Shown: one piece after another, positions 19,292 to 28,486 of the stretch | Position numbering within the stretch: position 1 is the stretch's first letter | Layout: each line of letters begins with the position of its first letter | Virus record (IMG/VR): IMGVR_UViG_3300034105_001970 | Strand: one strand, 5' to 3' | Length of the DNA: 64,000 nt | Source of the DNA: a virus | Translations under genes and position numbers: made by a program | The notes under the pieces: generated by a model | Told to the model about the DNA's origin: nothing | Seen by the model: only the letters and a program-made list of their open reading frames with translations | Databases searched by the model: none

Positions 19292-19537
19292 ATGGGTAAG
19301 TTATTAATGATTAAATGTATTAAATGTAAAAACGATATGCCGCAACTTAGATATGAAAAATACGGATATCGAAATTGTATCAATTGTAGTTCGGTAGAAA
19401 AAGTTGGTGGGGTTGCAATAGCAAATCATAAGACGGGTAACGAAATACAAATTATGCCTGCTGCAGATGCTGCACGATTATATAGATTATCACAAAGACA
19501 AGGATATGGGGTATGTAAAGGTATGAAAAGCAATTAA
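19292..19537 (+). CDS. zinc-ribbon protein (start moved downstream of promoter)
   Basis: MGKLLMIKCIKCKND...CINC Cys4; upstream residues of track ORF are just the translated promoter. Confidence 0.35.
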   Translation: MGKLLMIKCIKCKNDMPQLRYEKYGYRNCINCSSVEKVGGVAIANHKTGNEIQIMPAADAARLYRLSQRQGYGVCKGMKSN

Positions 19538-19774
19538 AGATTTTTTTAATAAACGTGGAGCCACCACATAAAAAACTGGAAAACACAAAATGGTTACTTT
19601 AAAATCAAAGTTCGAATTTATCACGAATCAATTGACAGAAGCTTTAACAAATGCAAACACTACAAGTAGTGAGCAAAAGCGTACTTACTACACAAGTAGA
19701 GCGTTGTACTATTCTCAAAGATTACAACAATTAGCTAGTAGAGCTAAGATTTCTGCTTAATTCGCAGATAAACT

Positions 19775-19822
19775 AAGATAGTTTTGGAAACATGGTAGGG
19801 GTTCGATTCCCCTACTATCTTC
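19775..19822 (+). other. tRNA-like minihelix (acceptor-like stem plus T-arm), not a full tRNA
   Basis: AAGATAGT...ACTATCTT 8-bp stem enclosing GTAGGGG-TTCGATT-CCCCTAC (canonical T-loop TTCGATT); D and anticodon arms absent. Confidence 0.25.
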
Positions 19823-19856
19823 TAACAATATTTATTCACATATAAACTTAAAGAGT

Positions 19857-22001
19857 ATGAGTTGGTATGACAGTTTTAAGACGGGTACTTTAGATTATTT
19901 AACTAAAGGTTCGTACACTAGTAAAAAGAAAGAGAAAAAATCAGCGAGTTCATTTTGGGCTGATGAATGGAGTTCCTATGACACACCTACTACATATTGG
20001 GGTGGTGATACTTGGAAACCAAAAGAGTACAATAAGGTAGAAAGCAGTACTGCTGACCTTATTAAGTTGAATGCACATAGGAGAGCAATTGCTAACTTTG
20101 TGAACATTCTTACAAACAAAAACATTCCTGTAAAGTTTTCGCGTAAAGGTGATTCTTATACTGATGGTAAATCGGTAGTATTATCAGCTGAGGTTAAACC
20201 TGAAAAGTTTGATATCGCGGTAGGTTTGGCATTGCACGAAGCATCACACATTGTTCTTACGGACTTTGAATTAATGCCTGCTTATTCTGCACCAACCGAA
20301 ATGTTTAATAACTTTGCAAAAGCAGCGGGTTTAGATGTAAATGACCCTTCTTTTGATGGTACACAACATTATCGAAACAAAGAACAATTATTTGATGTAG
20401 TTAAATCATTGGTAAACTTTGTAGAGGATAGAAGGATTGACCAATATATCTACAATACTTGTCCAGGTTATAGAGACTATTATAGAGCATTGTATGATGA
20501 GTATTTCTATGATAAGACTATTGACAAAGGATTGATAAGTGATGAATATACGGATGAAACATTACAATCGTATATGTTCCGTATTATCAATATCACAAAT
20601 CAAAATACTGACCTTAACAAATTGAAAGGTTTGAAAGAAATCTACGAAACATTAGACCTTAAGAATATTAGTAGATTAAAAAATACAACCGATTCATTAG
20701 AGGTAGCAGAAAAGATTACCAACACTATCTTACAACATATCTTAGTTGATTTAAGTAAAGATGGTAAAGGTAAGGGTAATGGTGACCCTGCAGATGTAAA
20801 CGAAGCAGGTAATGAAACTGGAGCAGAGGCAGGTGATAAACAAAACGATGAAATGGGTGGTAGTGGTGGTGATGCACCTGTGATGGGTGAGAAAGGTGAC
20901 TCTACGAGTGGTGCTTCACAAACTGGTAATGGTAAAGATTTAATGAGTGATACTGCTAAGAAACAATTGGATAAACAAATCCAAAAGCAAAAGGACTTCG
21001 TTAATAACAATATCAAAAAGAAAGGATTAACTAAGAAAGAGGATGAAACCTTAGACCAAATGGCTGAGAGTGGAACTGAAATGCAATCCGTAGGTGATAC
21101 TAAATTAGAGAATGGTGGATATATTCAACCGGTTCAATGTATCGTATCTAAGAAAATGACCGAAGGATTGATGCAAGATAGTTCGTTCCCTTTCGCTAGT
21201 TTTTGGAATGATAAATGGAATAACTGGAATGCTGATACTTTACAAAGAGGTATCGTAATGGGTACTATTTTAGGTAAGCGTATTGCAGTTCGTAGTGAGG
21301 AAAGAGAAACAATCAATCCACGCCAAAAGAATGGTAGAATTGATAAGAGAATGGTAGCGGCATTAGGATATGATTATGTAAATGTATTCAGTACCAAAGA
21401 AGTAGATAGGTTTAAGAAAGTAATGTTGCACGTTACTATTGATGGTAGTGGTTCAATGAGTGGTAGTGTGTGGGATGATACATTAGCCGTAACAATTGCT
21501 ATTTGTAAAGCAGCATCAATGGTAAGTAACTTAAATGTACAAGTTTCTATCAGAGGTACGTGGGGTGATAAACCTTACATATGTATTGCGTATGATAGTA
21601 GATTTGATAAGTTTGAGAAAGTTAAGAGATTGTTTCCTGCATTACACGCCAATGGTACAACACCTGAAGGTTTATGTTATCAAGCGATACTTAAACATTT
21701 TGTAGAGAGCAACAAAGATATGGATTCTTATTTCTTAAACATATGTGATGGTGAGCCAACATTCTCAAATCAACAATGTTCTTATAGTGGTAGAAACGCT
21801 TTGTTACACACTAAGAAAATGGTAGGACAAATCAAAGATATGGGTATACAAGTTATGAGTTACTTTGTTGGTGGCAGTTCATATAGTAGTTCATCTGACA
21901 ACTTTAAAACAATGTACGGAAGTGACAGCCGTTTTATTGATGTTAAACAAATCGTTCCTATCATTAAAACAATGAATGAGCTTTTTATGAAAAAAGCGTA
22001 A
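19857..22001 (+). CDS. VWA-domain protein, CobT-like partner of MoxR-type AAA+ ATPase
   Basis: C-terminal MIDAS HVTIDGSGSMSG; central Gly/Asp/Lys-rich acidic low-complexity region; adjacent to the AAA+ gene. Confidence 0.6.
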   Translation: MSWYDSFKTGTLDYLTKGSYTSKKKEKKSASSFWADEWSSYDTPTTYWGGDTWKPKEYNKVESSTADLIKLNAHRRAIANFVNILTNKNIPVKFSRKGDSYTDGKSVVLSAEVKPEKFDIAVGLALHEASHIVLTDFELMPAYSAPTEMFNNFAKAAGLDVNDPSFDGTQHYRNKEQLFDVVKSLVNFVEDRRIDQYIYNTCPGYRDYYRALYDEYFYDKTIDKGLISDEYTDETLQSYMFRIINITNQNTDLNKLKGLKEIYETLDLKNISRLKNTTDSLEVAEKITNTILQHILVDLSKDGKGKGNGDPADVNEAGNETGAEAGDKQNDEMGGSGGDAPVMGEKGDSTSGASQTGNGKDLMSDTAKKQLDKQIQKQKDFVNNNIKKKGLTKKEDETLDQMAESGTEMQSVGDTKLENGGYIQPVQCIVSKKMTEGLMQDSSFPFASFWNDKWNNWNADTLQRGIVMGTILGKRIAVRSEERETINPRQKNGRIDKRMVAALGYDYVNVFSTKEVDRFKKVMLHVTIDGSGSMSGSVWDDTLAVTIAICKAASMVSNLNVQVSIRGTWGDKPYICIAYDSRFDKFEKVKRLFPALHANGTTPEGLCYQAILKHFVESNKDMDSYFLNICDGEPTFSNQQCSYSGRNALLHTKKMVGQIKDMGIQVMSYFVGGSSYSSSSDNFKTMYGSDSRFIDVKQIVPIIKTMNELFMKKA

Positions 22002-22022
22002 AAACACACTAAAACTTAACTA

Positions 22023-22035
22023 ATTGATTATCAAT
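22023..22035. promoter_or_regulatory. 13-nt perfect palindrome ATTGATTATCAAT (operator-like)
   Basis: Located 22 nt after the stop of the VWA gene; 21-nt context shared with 19148 copy. Confidence 0.4.
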
Positions 22036-22097
22036 GTGTTATACATTACCCTAAATGGATGTGTATAATGTGTTGATATTCAATAGGTTATAAATAG

Positions 22098-22130
22098 TTT
22101 TGGTAGTGTGGGCAGAATTTCGTATCTTTA
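22098..22130 (+). promoter_or_regulatory. Bacteroidota-type promoter
   Basis: TTTGGTAG -33, 21-nt spacer, TATCTTTA. Confidence 0.5.
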
Positions 22131-22176
22131 TGATATATCAAACAATAATTAAACAATAAACATTAAAAATTCAGTT

Positions 22177-23409
22177 ATGAGTAAAAAAGCAACACAAGAG
22201 TATGGTTACACAAATGAAGTGTACAAAGTAGAAAATCTTAAATCCCGTTTTAACTTAGTTAATACTGCGGGTGATGTATTAAGTAGTTCAGATTCTACAA
22301 TAGTAGGTAGTTCTTTACGAAAAAAAGCATCAGCACAAAATAAAGCAATTCGTGCGCATGTAAACAAAAACGGAGCTAAAAGCTATCGTATGGTAGAAAT
22401 GCAAGAATATACGGATATGTTGGTTAAGCCGATGAATACGGATATCGCTGAAACTATCGTAGAAAATCCAACGGAGCATAAAGATGTTATCGATTTCATT
22501 CATAAAGAGGGTATGGCGTTAAAACCTGCTAACTTAATTATGAACGAGTTGAAGTGGAAATATTTATTACGTTCAGCGGTTCGAGCGCGAAATATTATGA
22601 TGACAGGACCTGCGGGTAGTGGTAAGACAATGGCAGCTAAAGCATTAGTTGCGGCATTGAAAAGACCGTTTCATTACTTTAACTTAGGTGCGACGCAAGA
22701 CCCGAGGGCGGCATTAATTGGTAACACACACTTTAACAAAGCAAGTGGTACTTATTTTAGTGAGAGTGCATTCGTTAAAGCTATTAAGACACCTTACGCA
22801 GTTGTGTTATTAGATGAATTAAGTAGAGCTCATCCAGAAGCCGCTAATATCCTAATGACAGTGTTAGACCAAACACAAAGATACTTACGATTAGATGAGC
22901 AAGAAAATTCACCAATTGTTAAGGTGGCAGAAGGTGTTACCTTTATTGCAACTGCAAACATCGGTTCTGAATATACTGCAACGCGTGTAATGGATAGAGC
23001 ATTGTTAGATAGATTCGTGACAATTGAGGTAGATGTATTGAATGCTGAGCAGGAATATGAATTGTTAAAGATGTTATATCCTGATACGAATGATTACAAT
23101 TTGAAATCAGTAGCAGAGATTGCGGCACACACTAGAGACCAAATCAAAGGTGAGGCGGGTAAATTGACAACTGCTGTATCAACTCGTATTTCAGTAGAGA
23201 TGGCAGGTTTGTTGTATGATGGTTTCAGTTTGTTAGAAGCAGCTGAGGTAGCAATCTTCCCGTTCTATTCACAAGATGGTGGTATGGATAGTGAGCGTAC
23301 TTACATTAAGCAACTTATACAAAAATTCGTAGTAGATGAGAATGAAGGTGAAAAGTTATTCAACGAAGTGAAAGAGGAAGATGCGAATGACGATACTATT
23401 GTTTGGTAA
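22177..23409 (+). CDS. AAA+ ATPase, MoxR/CbbQ/CobS-like
   Basis: Walker A MMTGPAGSGKT, Walker B VVLLDELSRAHPEAANILMTVLDQ; pairs with upstream VWA gene. Confidence 0.7.
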   Translation: MSKKATQEYGYTNEVYKVENLKSRFNLVNTAGDVLSSSDSTIVGSSLRKKASAQNKAIRAHVNKNGAKSYRMVEMQEYTDMLVKPMNTDIAETIVENPTEHKDVIDFIHKEGMALKPANLIMNELKWKYLLRSAVRARNIMMTGPAGSGKTMAAKALVAALKRPFHYFNLGATQDPRAALIGNTHFNKASGTYFSESAFVKAIKTPYAVVLLDELSRAHPEAANILMTVLDQTQRYLRLDEQENSPIVKVAEGVTFIATANIGSEYTATRVMDRALLDRFVTIEVDVLNAEQEYELLKMLYPDTNDYNLKSVAEIAAHTRDQIKGEAGKLTTAVSTRISVEMAGLLYDGFSLLEAAEVAIFPFYSQDGGMDSERTYIKQLIQKFVVDENEGEKLFNEVKEEDANDDTIVW

Positions 23410-23466
23410 TATGTTATGAGGGTATAGTTTTATACATACTCATAACGACTATACCTAAATAACTAA

Positions 23467-23500
23467 GGGGGGTACAATTTGTACCCTCCTTTATTTTTTA
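23467..23500 (+). terminator. intrinsic terminator
   Basis: GGGGGGTAC / GTACCCTCC 9-bp stem (one G.U), short loop, TTTATTTTTT. Confidence 0.65.
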
Positions 23501-23518
23501 AATTAATAATAAAACAAA

Positions 23519-24121
23519 ATGGCATTAACAAAAAACGTAAGAGCTTTCATTAATCATGTGAAAGGACATTGTAAGGAAGTGGGGATTAGATGCCAAATAC
23601 GACCTGTAAAATATTTAGTATTGAGTGGTAATATAAGATGTAGTGGTTACTTTTGTGAGGAAACTATGAGATTAGTAGTAGCGGGTAAAAGTAAAGATTG
23701 GTTAGGTATATTAACACATGAATATGCACACTTAACACAATGGCAAGATAAGAGCACTAACATATGGAAAACCGGTTCGACCGGAGTGACCCATTTAGAC
23801 GATTGGTTGGGTGGTAAAAAAATTCGTAGTGTTAAGAAAGCAATAGAATGGAGTAGAGATTTAGAATTGGATAATGAGAAACGCTCGGTAAAGCTAATTA
23901 AGAAATGGAAACTACCAATTGACCTTAACGATTATATTAAAAAAGCAAACGCATATGTTCAGTTCTACAATTATATGAGATACTCAAAGAGATGGAGTAG
24001 ACCAGGCAACGCACCATATAGTAATAAAGCTATCTATGAAGCAATGCCCCCTAATTTCAGAATGAACTACAAAAAAATGAGTGACAAGTATATGAAATTA
24101 TACAAAGAACAAAATATATAA
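23519..24121 (+). CDS. HExxH-motif protein (possible zinc metallopeptidase, SprT/WLM-like)
   Basis: LTHEYAHLTQW; Cys-rich N-terminus. Confidence 0.3.
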   Translation: MALTKNVRAFINHVKGHCKEVGIRCQIRPVKYLVLSGNIRCSGYFCEETMRLVVAGKSKDWLGILTHEYAHLTQWQDKSTNIWKTGSTGVTHLDDWLGGKKIRSVKKAIEWSRDLELDNEKRSVKLIKKWKLPIDLNDYIKKANAYVQFYNYMRYSKRWSRPGNAPYSNKAIYEAMPPNFRMNYKKMSDKYMKLYKEQNI

Positions 24122-24153
24122 TTTGGTAAATCCAATTATATTTCGTATATTTA
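24122..24153 (+). promoter_or_regulatory. Bacteroidota-type promoter
   Basis: TTTGGTAA-N20-TATATTTA. Confidence 0.45.
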
Positions 24154-24175
24154 ATAAACACTAAAATTTAAAAGT

Positions 24176-26023
24176 ATGTTAAAAACAATTTTTACCATTT
24201 CAAATGGAAAAAAGAAAATAGAAATCAAAAAATCATTAAGAATTGCAGTTGAAGCATTGGGTAGTGATTTAAGATATATATTTGAAAATAAAGATAAATT
24301 TATTAATTCAACTAGAATCAATAGATATATTAAAGAACTAAAGAAAGCAGTTCGTAAAAATATGGTTACGGCGGCTACCAATGGATTTGGTACATCATCG
24401 CCGGTATATTATATTTCAGCGAAAACAATTATCAAAGTATTGAAAAGTGAATTAGCTACTAAAGAAATTTCAAAATTAAATGCAGAATTATCGCAAAAGG
24501 CAATATATGATACATCTATTGCTTATTTGAAAGATGATATTAACTATTTTTCTGAAAAGAGATTTAAAGATAAATATTTTTCAGTTAATGGGCAACATAG
24601 AATGACACAATATATAAGTGATTTGACTGGTAAATTACCAAAAACAAATGCTGAAATTCAATTTGCACCATTTATAGTTAATGATAAGGAAATAAAATTT
24701 GAATCTTTAAAAGATTTAGAAACAAAATGTACCTCAACAAATCCTTCAAAACAAATTAAAGAATTCAAAGGACTTTCAGTTGAAGAAACAACGAATATAT
24801 ATTTAAAATATTTAAGTGAATGCCCTATCAATATAATTGAAATTACTGAAGCAGATTCATTTGAAGATATAGCCAAATTTATATGGTATAGTAATTCATC
24901 CACTAGTTGGTCAGAATTTCTACATAAGTTTAAGTTAACAAAGAATCCATTTACAATTTTTGTTAGAGATAATATTGCATCAGAAACAACTGATAGTTCA
25001 GTAGGTGGGATATTGGAGATGTTATATGGTAAAGCAAATCCAGTAAAATTTGGAACAGGTAAGTTTCAAAAGAAAGATGGTGGATTTGAATATCTCATAT
25101 CAGTTATAGCAGATACATGTTATTATGATATAAAGCAATTACAAAGATTTGGATTTAAGAATGAACAACAAATGTTATCATCTATCTTAAGCAAAGATTG
25201 TGAAATAAGCGAATCGGATTTAAAGAGTATGAAATCAGATTTATTAAAAGTTGCTAAAGTTTTTAACAAAATTGGAAGTAACGAAAATAATAATGAAGCG
25301 TTAACTGCGATAATATCAAAACCATCAATGTTTATTTTATCTATATTTTTATATAACTATATAACTAAAGTATTTCAATATATGGATTCGTCTGGTAGAA
25401 TATGGAAACCAAAGATAGAATTAAGTAATTTAGAAAACGTTATTACTGATTTTATTGCAATATGTGAGTATTATAACAATCCAATGCATCCAATCAATAC
25501 ATATTATTGGGAAACAGAAGATGGTAAACAAACACTTGATAAGGTAAACCAATCTAGTCGAAGATATTTTACCTCTAAAGAAGAAATGGATGATTCTAAC
25601 TTTTTGAAAAGCTTCAAATCAATTGAAACAAAATGTAAGGAATCACAATATGATAAGAATAATATAGACAAAGCATTTCGCAAACATATTGGAGATAGTT
25701 TTGTAACCGGATGGCATGATAAACACGATACAATTGTTAATGTAGTTAATGAAAATTTGAAAAGTGCTTTTATTTCTAAAATGGAAAATAAGCAAGAGGA
25801 TGGTTACTTTAGTGACATTAATTGGACTGATGCAACTACTATGCCTTCATACACATCGTTTTTACCATCATTTGGAAATGCTTCAAAGAGAAAAGCAGAA
25901 TTATTTGGGAATACTAAACATAAAGGACATATTAAATCTAAATCAAAACGTGGTACTAACACAATTGATAATTTAGATTTGGAAAATCCATTAATGAATA
26001 TATCTACACAAAATGTAGTTTAA
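24176..26023 (+). CDS. large lysine-rich hypothetical protein with NGQHR (DGQHR-like) motif
   Basis: 615 aa; FSVNGQHRMTQY resembles the DGQHR motif of DndB/ParB-fold proteins; otherwise no match. Confidence 0.45.
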   Translation: MLKTIFTISNGKKKIEIKKSLRIAVEALGSDLRYIFENKDKFINSTRINRYIKELKKAVRKNMVTAATNGFGTSSPVYYISAKTIIKVLKSELATKEISKLNAELSQKAIYDTSIAYLKDDINYFSEKRFKDKYFSVNGQHRMTQYISDLTGKLPKTNAEIQFAPFIVNDKEIKFESLKDLETKCTSTNPSKQIKEFKGLSVEETTNIYLKYLSECPINIIEITEADSFEDIAKFIWYSNSSTSWSEFLHKFKLTKNPFTIFVRDNIASETTDSSVGGILEMLYGKANPVKFGTGKFQKKDGGFEYLISVIADTCYYDIKQLQRFGFKNEQQMLSSILSKDCEISESDLKSMKSDLLKVAKVFNKIGSNENNNEALTAIISKPSMFILSIFLYNYITKVFQYMDSSGRIWKPKIELSNLENVITDFIAICEYYNNPMHPINTYYWETEDGKQTLDKVNQSSRRYFTSKEEMDDSNFLKSFKSIETKCKESQYDKNNIDKAFRKHIGDSFVTGWHDKHDTIVNVVNENLKSAFISKMENKQEDGYFSDINWTDATTMPSYTSFLPSFGNASKRKAELFGNTKHKGHIKSKSKRGTNTIDNLDLENPLMNISTQNVV

Positions 26024-26034
26024 AACATACAAAC

Positions 26035-26066
26035 GGGGAGCAGAAATGTTCCCCTTTATTTTTTTA
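26035..26066 (+). terminator. intrinsic terminator
   Basis: GGGGAGCA-GAAA-TGTTCCCC stem-loop followed by T-run. Confidence 0.6.
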
Positions 26067-26093
26067 ATTCATTATTTATTAGTATATTTGAGT

Positions 26094-26381
26094 ATGGAAT
26101 TTAATAAGACAGACGAGGAACTAAAACAAATGACCGACTCGGAATTATTCGAGTACCTGGATGCTAAAGCCCTAAGTCTCAAACAACATATTGTACCACT
26201 CTCTCCGTACAAATTAAAACGATTTGCACACATTTCTACGGCAGTAGCAAATAGTGATAAGGGAACGGATGAAGTGTTCTCAGATGGGTTGTATGATAGT
26301 TTAAAACCAATTATAAAACAAAACGAAAGTGCATCTATTGATATACTTATTAAAAAGAGAGGATTAAAAGATGGGATTTAA
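26094..26381 (+). CDS. hypothetical protein (start moved out of terminator)
   Basis: Track ORF 26046 begins inside the terminator hairpin; first ATG after it is 26094 (MEFNKTDEEL). Confidence 0.3.
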   Translation: MEFNKTDEELKQMTDSELFEYLDAKALSLKQHIVPLSPYKLKRFAHISTAVANSDKGTDEVFSDGLYDSLKPIIKQNESASIDILIKKRGLKDGI

Positions 26382-26568
26382 TCATTGCCACATATCAAAC
26401 CTTAGTTCCGTAATGTGGGAATTAGAAACACATGGAATTGAAAAGTTTATAAAAAATTATTCATCATACGATGCATATAGTGGTGATAGTGAAGCAATAG
26501 AATTTATTGAAACAAAATTTAAAGAATATTATGAGCAAACAACAACTACCAACAAACACACCAATTAA
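26371..26568 (+). CDS. hypothetical small protein
   Basis: 65-aa ORF overlapping next ORF in another frame. Confidence 0.25.
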   Translation: MGFNHCHISNLSSVMWELETHGIEKFIKNYSSYDAYSGDSEAIEFIETKFKEYYEQTTTTNKHTN

Positions 26569-26824
26569 TGAAAGTGGTGATGAAGATTATTTATATGAAC
26601 AATTTGAATCACAATCAGCATTAACCGAGCAATATTGGGAAGCTAAAGTAGAGGAAACAATGGATAGGATAAATGCCTACTATGATACTCGTTTTTGTAC
26701 CGCCGATGTTGAAAGTGCGGTAGCAGAAGTTATAAAGGACGAAAGAATAGTATCAGAGGTTACACATAAATTAAACGAAATCTACTTACGAAGACAAGTT
26801 ATGAATATTCAATTAAATGGTTAG
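26507..26824 (+). CDS. hypothetical acidic protein
   Basis: 105-aa ORF; start may be downstream (MSKQQL at 26531). Confidence 0.3.
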   Translation: MKQNLKNIMSKQQLPTNTPINESGDEDYLYEQFESQSALTEQYWEAKVEETMDRINAYYDTRFCTADVESAVAEVIKDERIVSEVTHKLNEIYLRRQVMNIQLNG

Positions 26825-26826
26825 TT

Positions 26827-27243
26827 ATGGCATACAACAAATTCAGATGGTGGGCAACAGGTAAAAGAAAGAAACCCCTTTCAGATAGAGCACCTTTATT
26901 TGATAAGATACAAAATGGTGATTATGATTATTCGTTTATGTTTGGTGAAGCTGATAAAATGCGAGCAACCGCAAAACAGGCATATCAACAAACATATGAT
27001 AACTATGGTGGGACCGATGAAAAGAATCGTATAGAAGCAGCATTAGAAGCAAGTAGAATGAAACGATTAAAAGCTATTAAATTAGAATTAGAAGCACATA
27101 AAGACGAACAAAAGATACTTTATAAATTAGAACATGATTTTAAAACCGTCTTTGGTTTGAATATTTGGGATGAAGCAGTAGAAAAGTGTGGTGGCGATTT
27201 AATGAGTTTATATAGTTATTATAAGACATATGCAAGAGATTAA
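26827..27243 (+). CDS. hypothetical protein
   Basis: 138-aa ORF, stop-start spacing 2 nt. Confidence 0.35.
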   Translation: MAYNKFRWWATGKRKKPLSDRAPLFDKIQNGDYDYSFMFGEADKMRATAKQAYQQTYDNYGGTDEKNRIEAALEASRMKRLKAIKLELEAHKDEQKILYKLEHDFKTVFGLNIWDEAVEKCGGDLMSLYSYYKTYARD

Positions 27244-28486
27244 AATTAAGTTTACAGAATATAAAAGTAGTTGGGGTATCGTTGATTTAGACTTCTATTC
27301 AGAGGAAGGTCAAAACAATTATATTAGACAAGGGCATATGAAGCAATTTATATTCAGCGTACAAAAGTATGGTGATATAAAATTTGTAGAGGATGATGAA
27401 GTTTATTGTATGTTCTATACTGAATCAATTTCATCTGCAATACCTGGTTTCTTACAATTAGAGAAATCAAAAGAAATTTTAGACAAACTTAGGACTGGTG
27501 TTATAAAGAAGTTGATATTCTATGGTGAGGATATGGACTTTCTTACTGTCGGTGGTCCTGTACCTGAATTGGTATTTCACCTTAATCGTTTTTTCGGTGA
27601 CCAAATTGATAAGGTATTTATTAGTATCGCATCAAAGAATTGGTCGCATGATTGGGAAAATATAAATGTAATCTATAACTTAGGATGTTTACCTTACTTT
27701 TTGGAAAACAATATAGAGAAAATAGAAGCAGAAAATATTGTAGTTAATAGTTCAAATGCACAAAAACATTTCTATACTACTAACAACCAACCGAGAGAAG
27801 CAAGAATGCACTTATACAAACACTTATTAGATAATAGGATGTTAAGTAAGTGTGAAGCAACTTTCTTTTTTAGACATTGGGATGATGGTAAAAAGTATAT
27901 CACATATTCAGAAAGGGAACGAGATGGTAATAAAAAACTATTGGATGATATAGATGATTCATTTCAATTTCCTGTTAGAGTATTTCAAAATGAATTAGAA
28001 GGTGGACACTATTACAATTGTAAGTGGGTAAACTTTGAAAAGAATAATAACGCATTAATTGATTTGGTAATAGAAACACTAAGTGACCCGGTTGATTTTT
28101 GTTCACTAACTGAGAAGGCATTTAGACCTATCGTATGTAAGAAACCATTTTTGATATTTGGTAGTGCGGGTATCTATAAAGGATTAGAGGAATATGGATT
28201 TAAGTTGTTCCCACAATTATATGATGCAAGTATATTAGATGATACTACCGAATTTTATGAGATAATGGACGAGGTTAGACATGAGGATAACGCAAAAGCT
28301 ATATTTTATAAACGAAGGTTTGCTAAATTTTTATCCATATTGGATAACTTAGCAAGTATGGATATAGAAACGTTAAGAGAACTGGTTGATGAAACTTATT
28401 TTAATTGTGAGTACAACTATCATGTTTTAGTTAAACTAATAGAGAAAGAAAAGATTAATACTATAAAATTGTTTTCAGTTGAATAA
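27230..28486 (+). CDS. hypothetical protein, possible glycosyltransferase with FucT-like motif
   Basis: IETLSDPVDFCSLTEKAFRP resembles GT10 F-x-L/V-x-F-E-N-S...Y-x-T-E-K motif. Confidence 0.35.
   Translation: MQEIKIKFTEYKSSWGIVDLDFYSEEGQNNYIRQGHMKQFIFSVQKYGDIKFVEDDEVYCMFYTESISSAIPGFLQLEKSKEILDKLRTGVIKKLIFYGEDMDFLTVGGPVPELVFHLNRFFGDQIDKVFISIASKNWSHDWENINVIYNLGCLPYFLENNIEKIEAENIVVNSSNAQKHFYTTNNQPREARMHLYKHLLDNRMLSKCEATFFFRHWDDGKKYITYSERERDGNKKLLDDIDDSFQFPVRVFQNELEGGHYYNCKWVNFEKNNNALIDLVIETLSDPVDFCSLTEKAFRPIVCKKPFLIFGSAGIYKGLEEYGFKLFPQLYDASILDDTTEFYEIMDEVRHEDNAKAIFYKRRFAKFLSILDNLASMDIETLRELVDETYFNCEYNYHVLVKLIEKEKINTIKLFSVE

Noticed and set aside
19730-19830. A canonical tRNA gene
   Set aside because: Only the T-arm and an acceptor-like stem are present. 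No D-arm or anticodon arm fit a cloverleaf of normal length. Kept only as a tRNA-like element.
25764-25976. Embedded + strand ORFs 25764..25976 and 41851..42084
   Set aside because: They lie out of frame inside longer, better-supported genes.
26046-26093. Track start positions at 26046, 48330, 51264 and 60564
   Set aside because: Those starts (some TTG or GTG) fall inside terminator hairpins or overlap the preceding gene extensively. The first ATG after the upstream gene or terminator was used instead.
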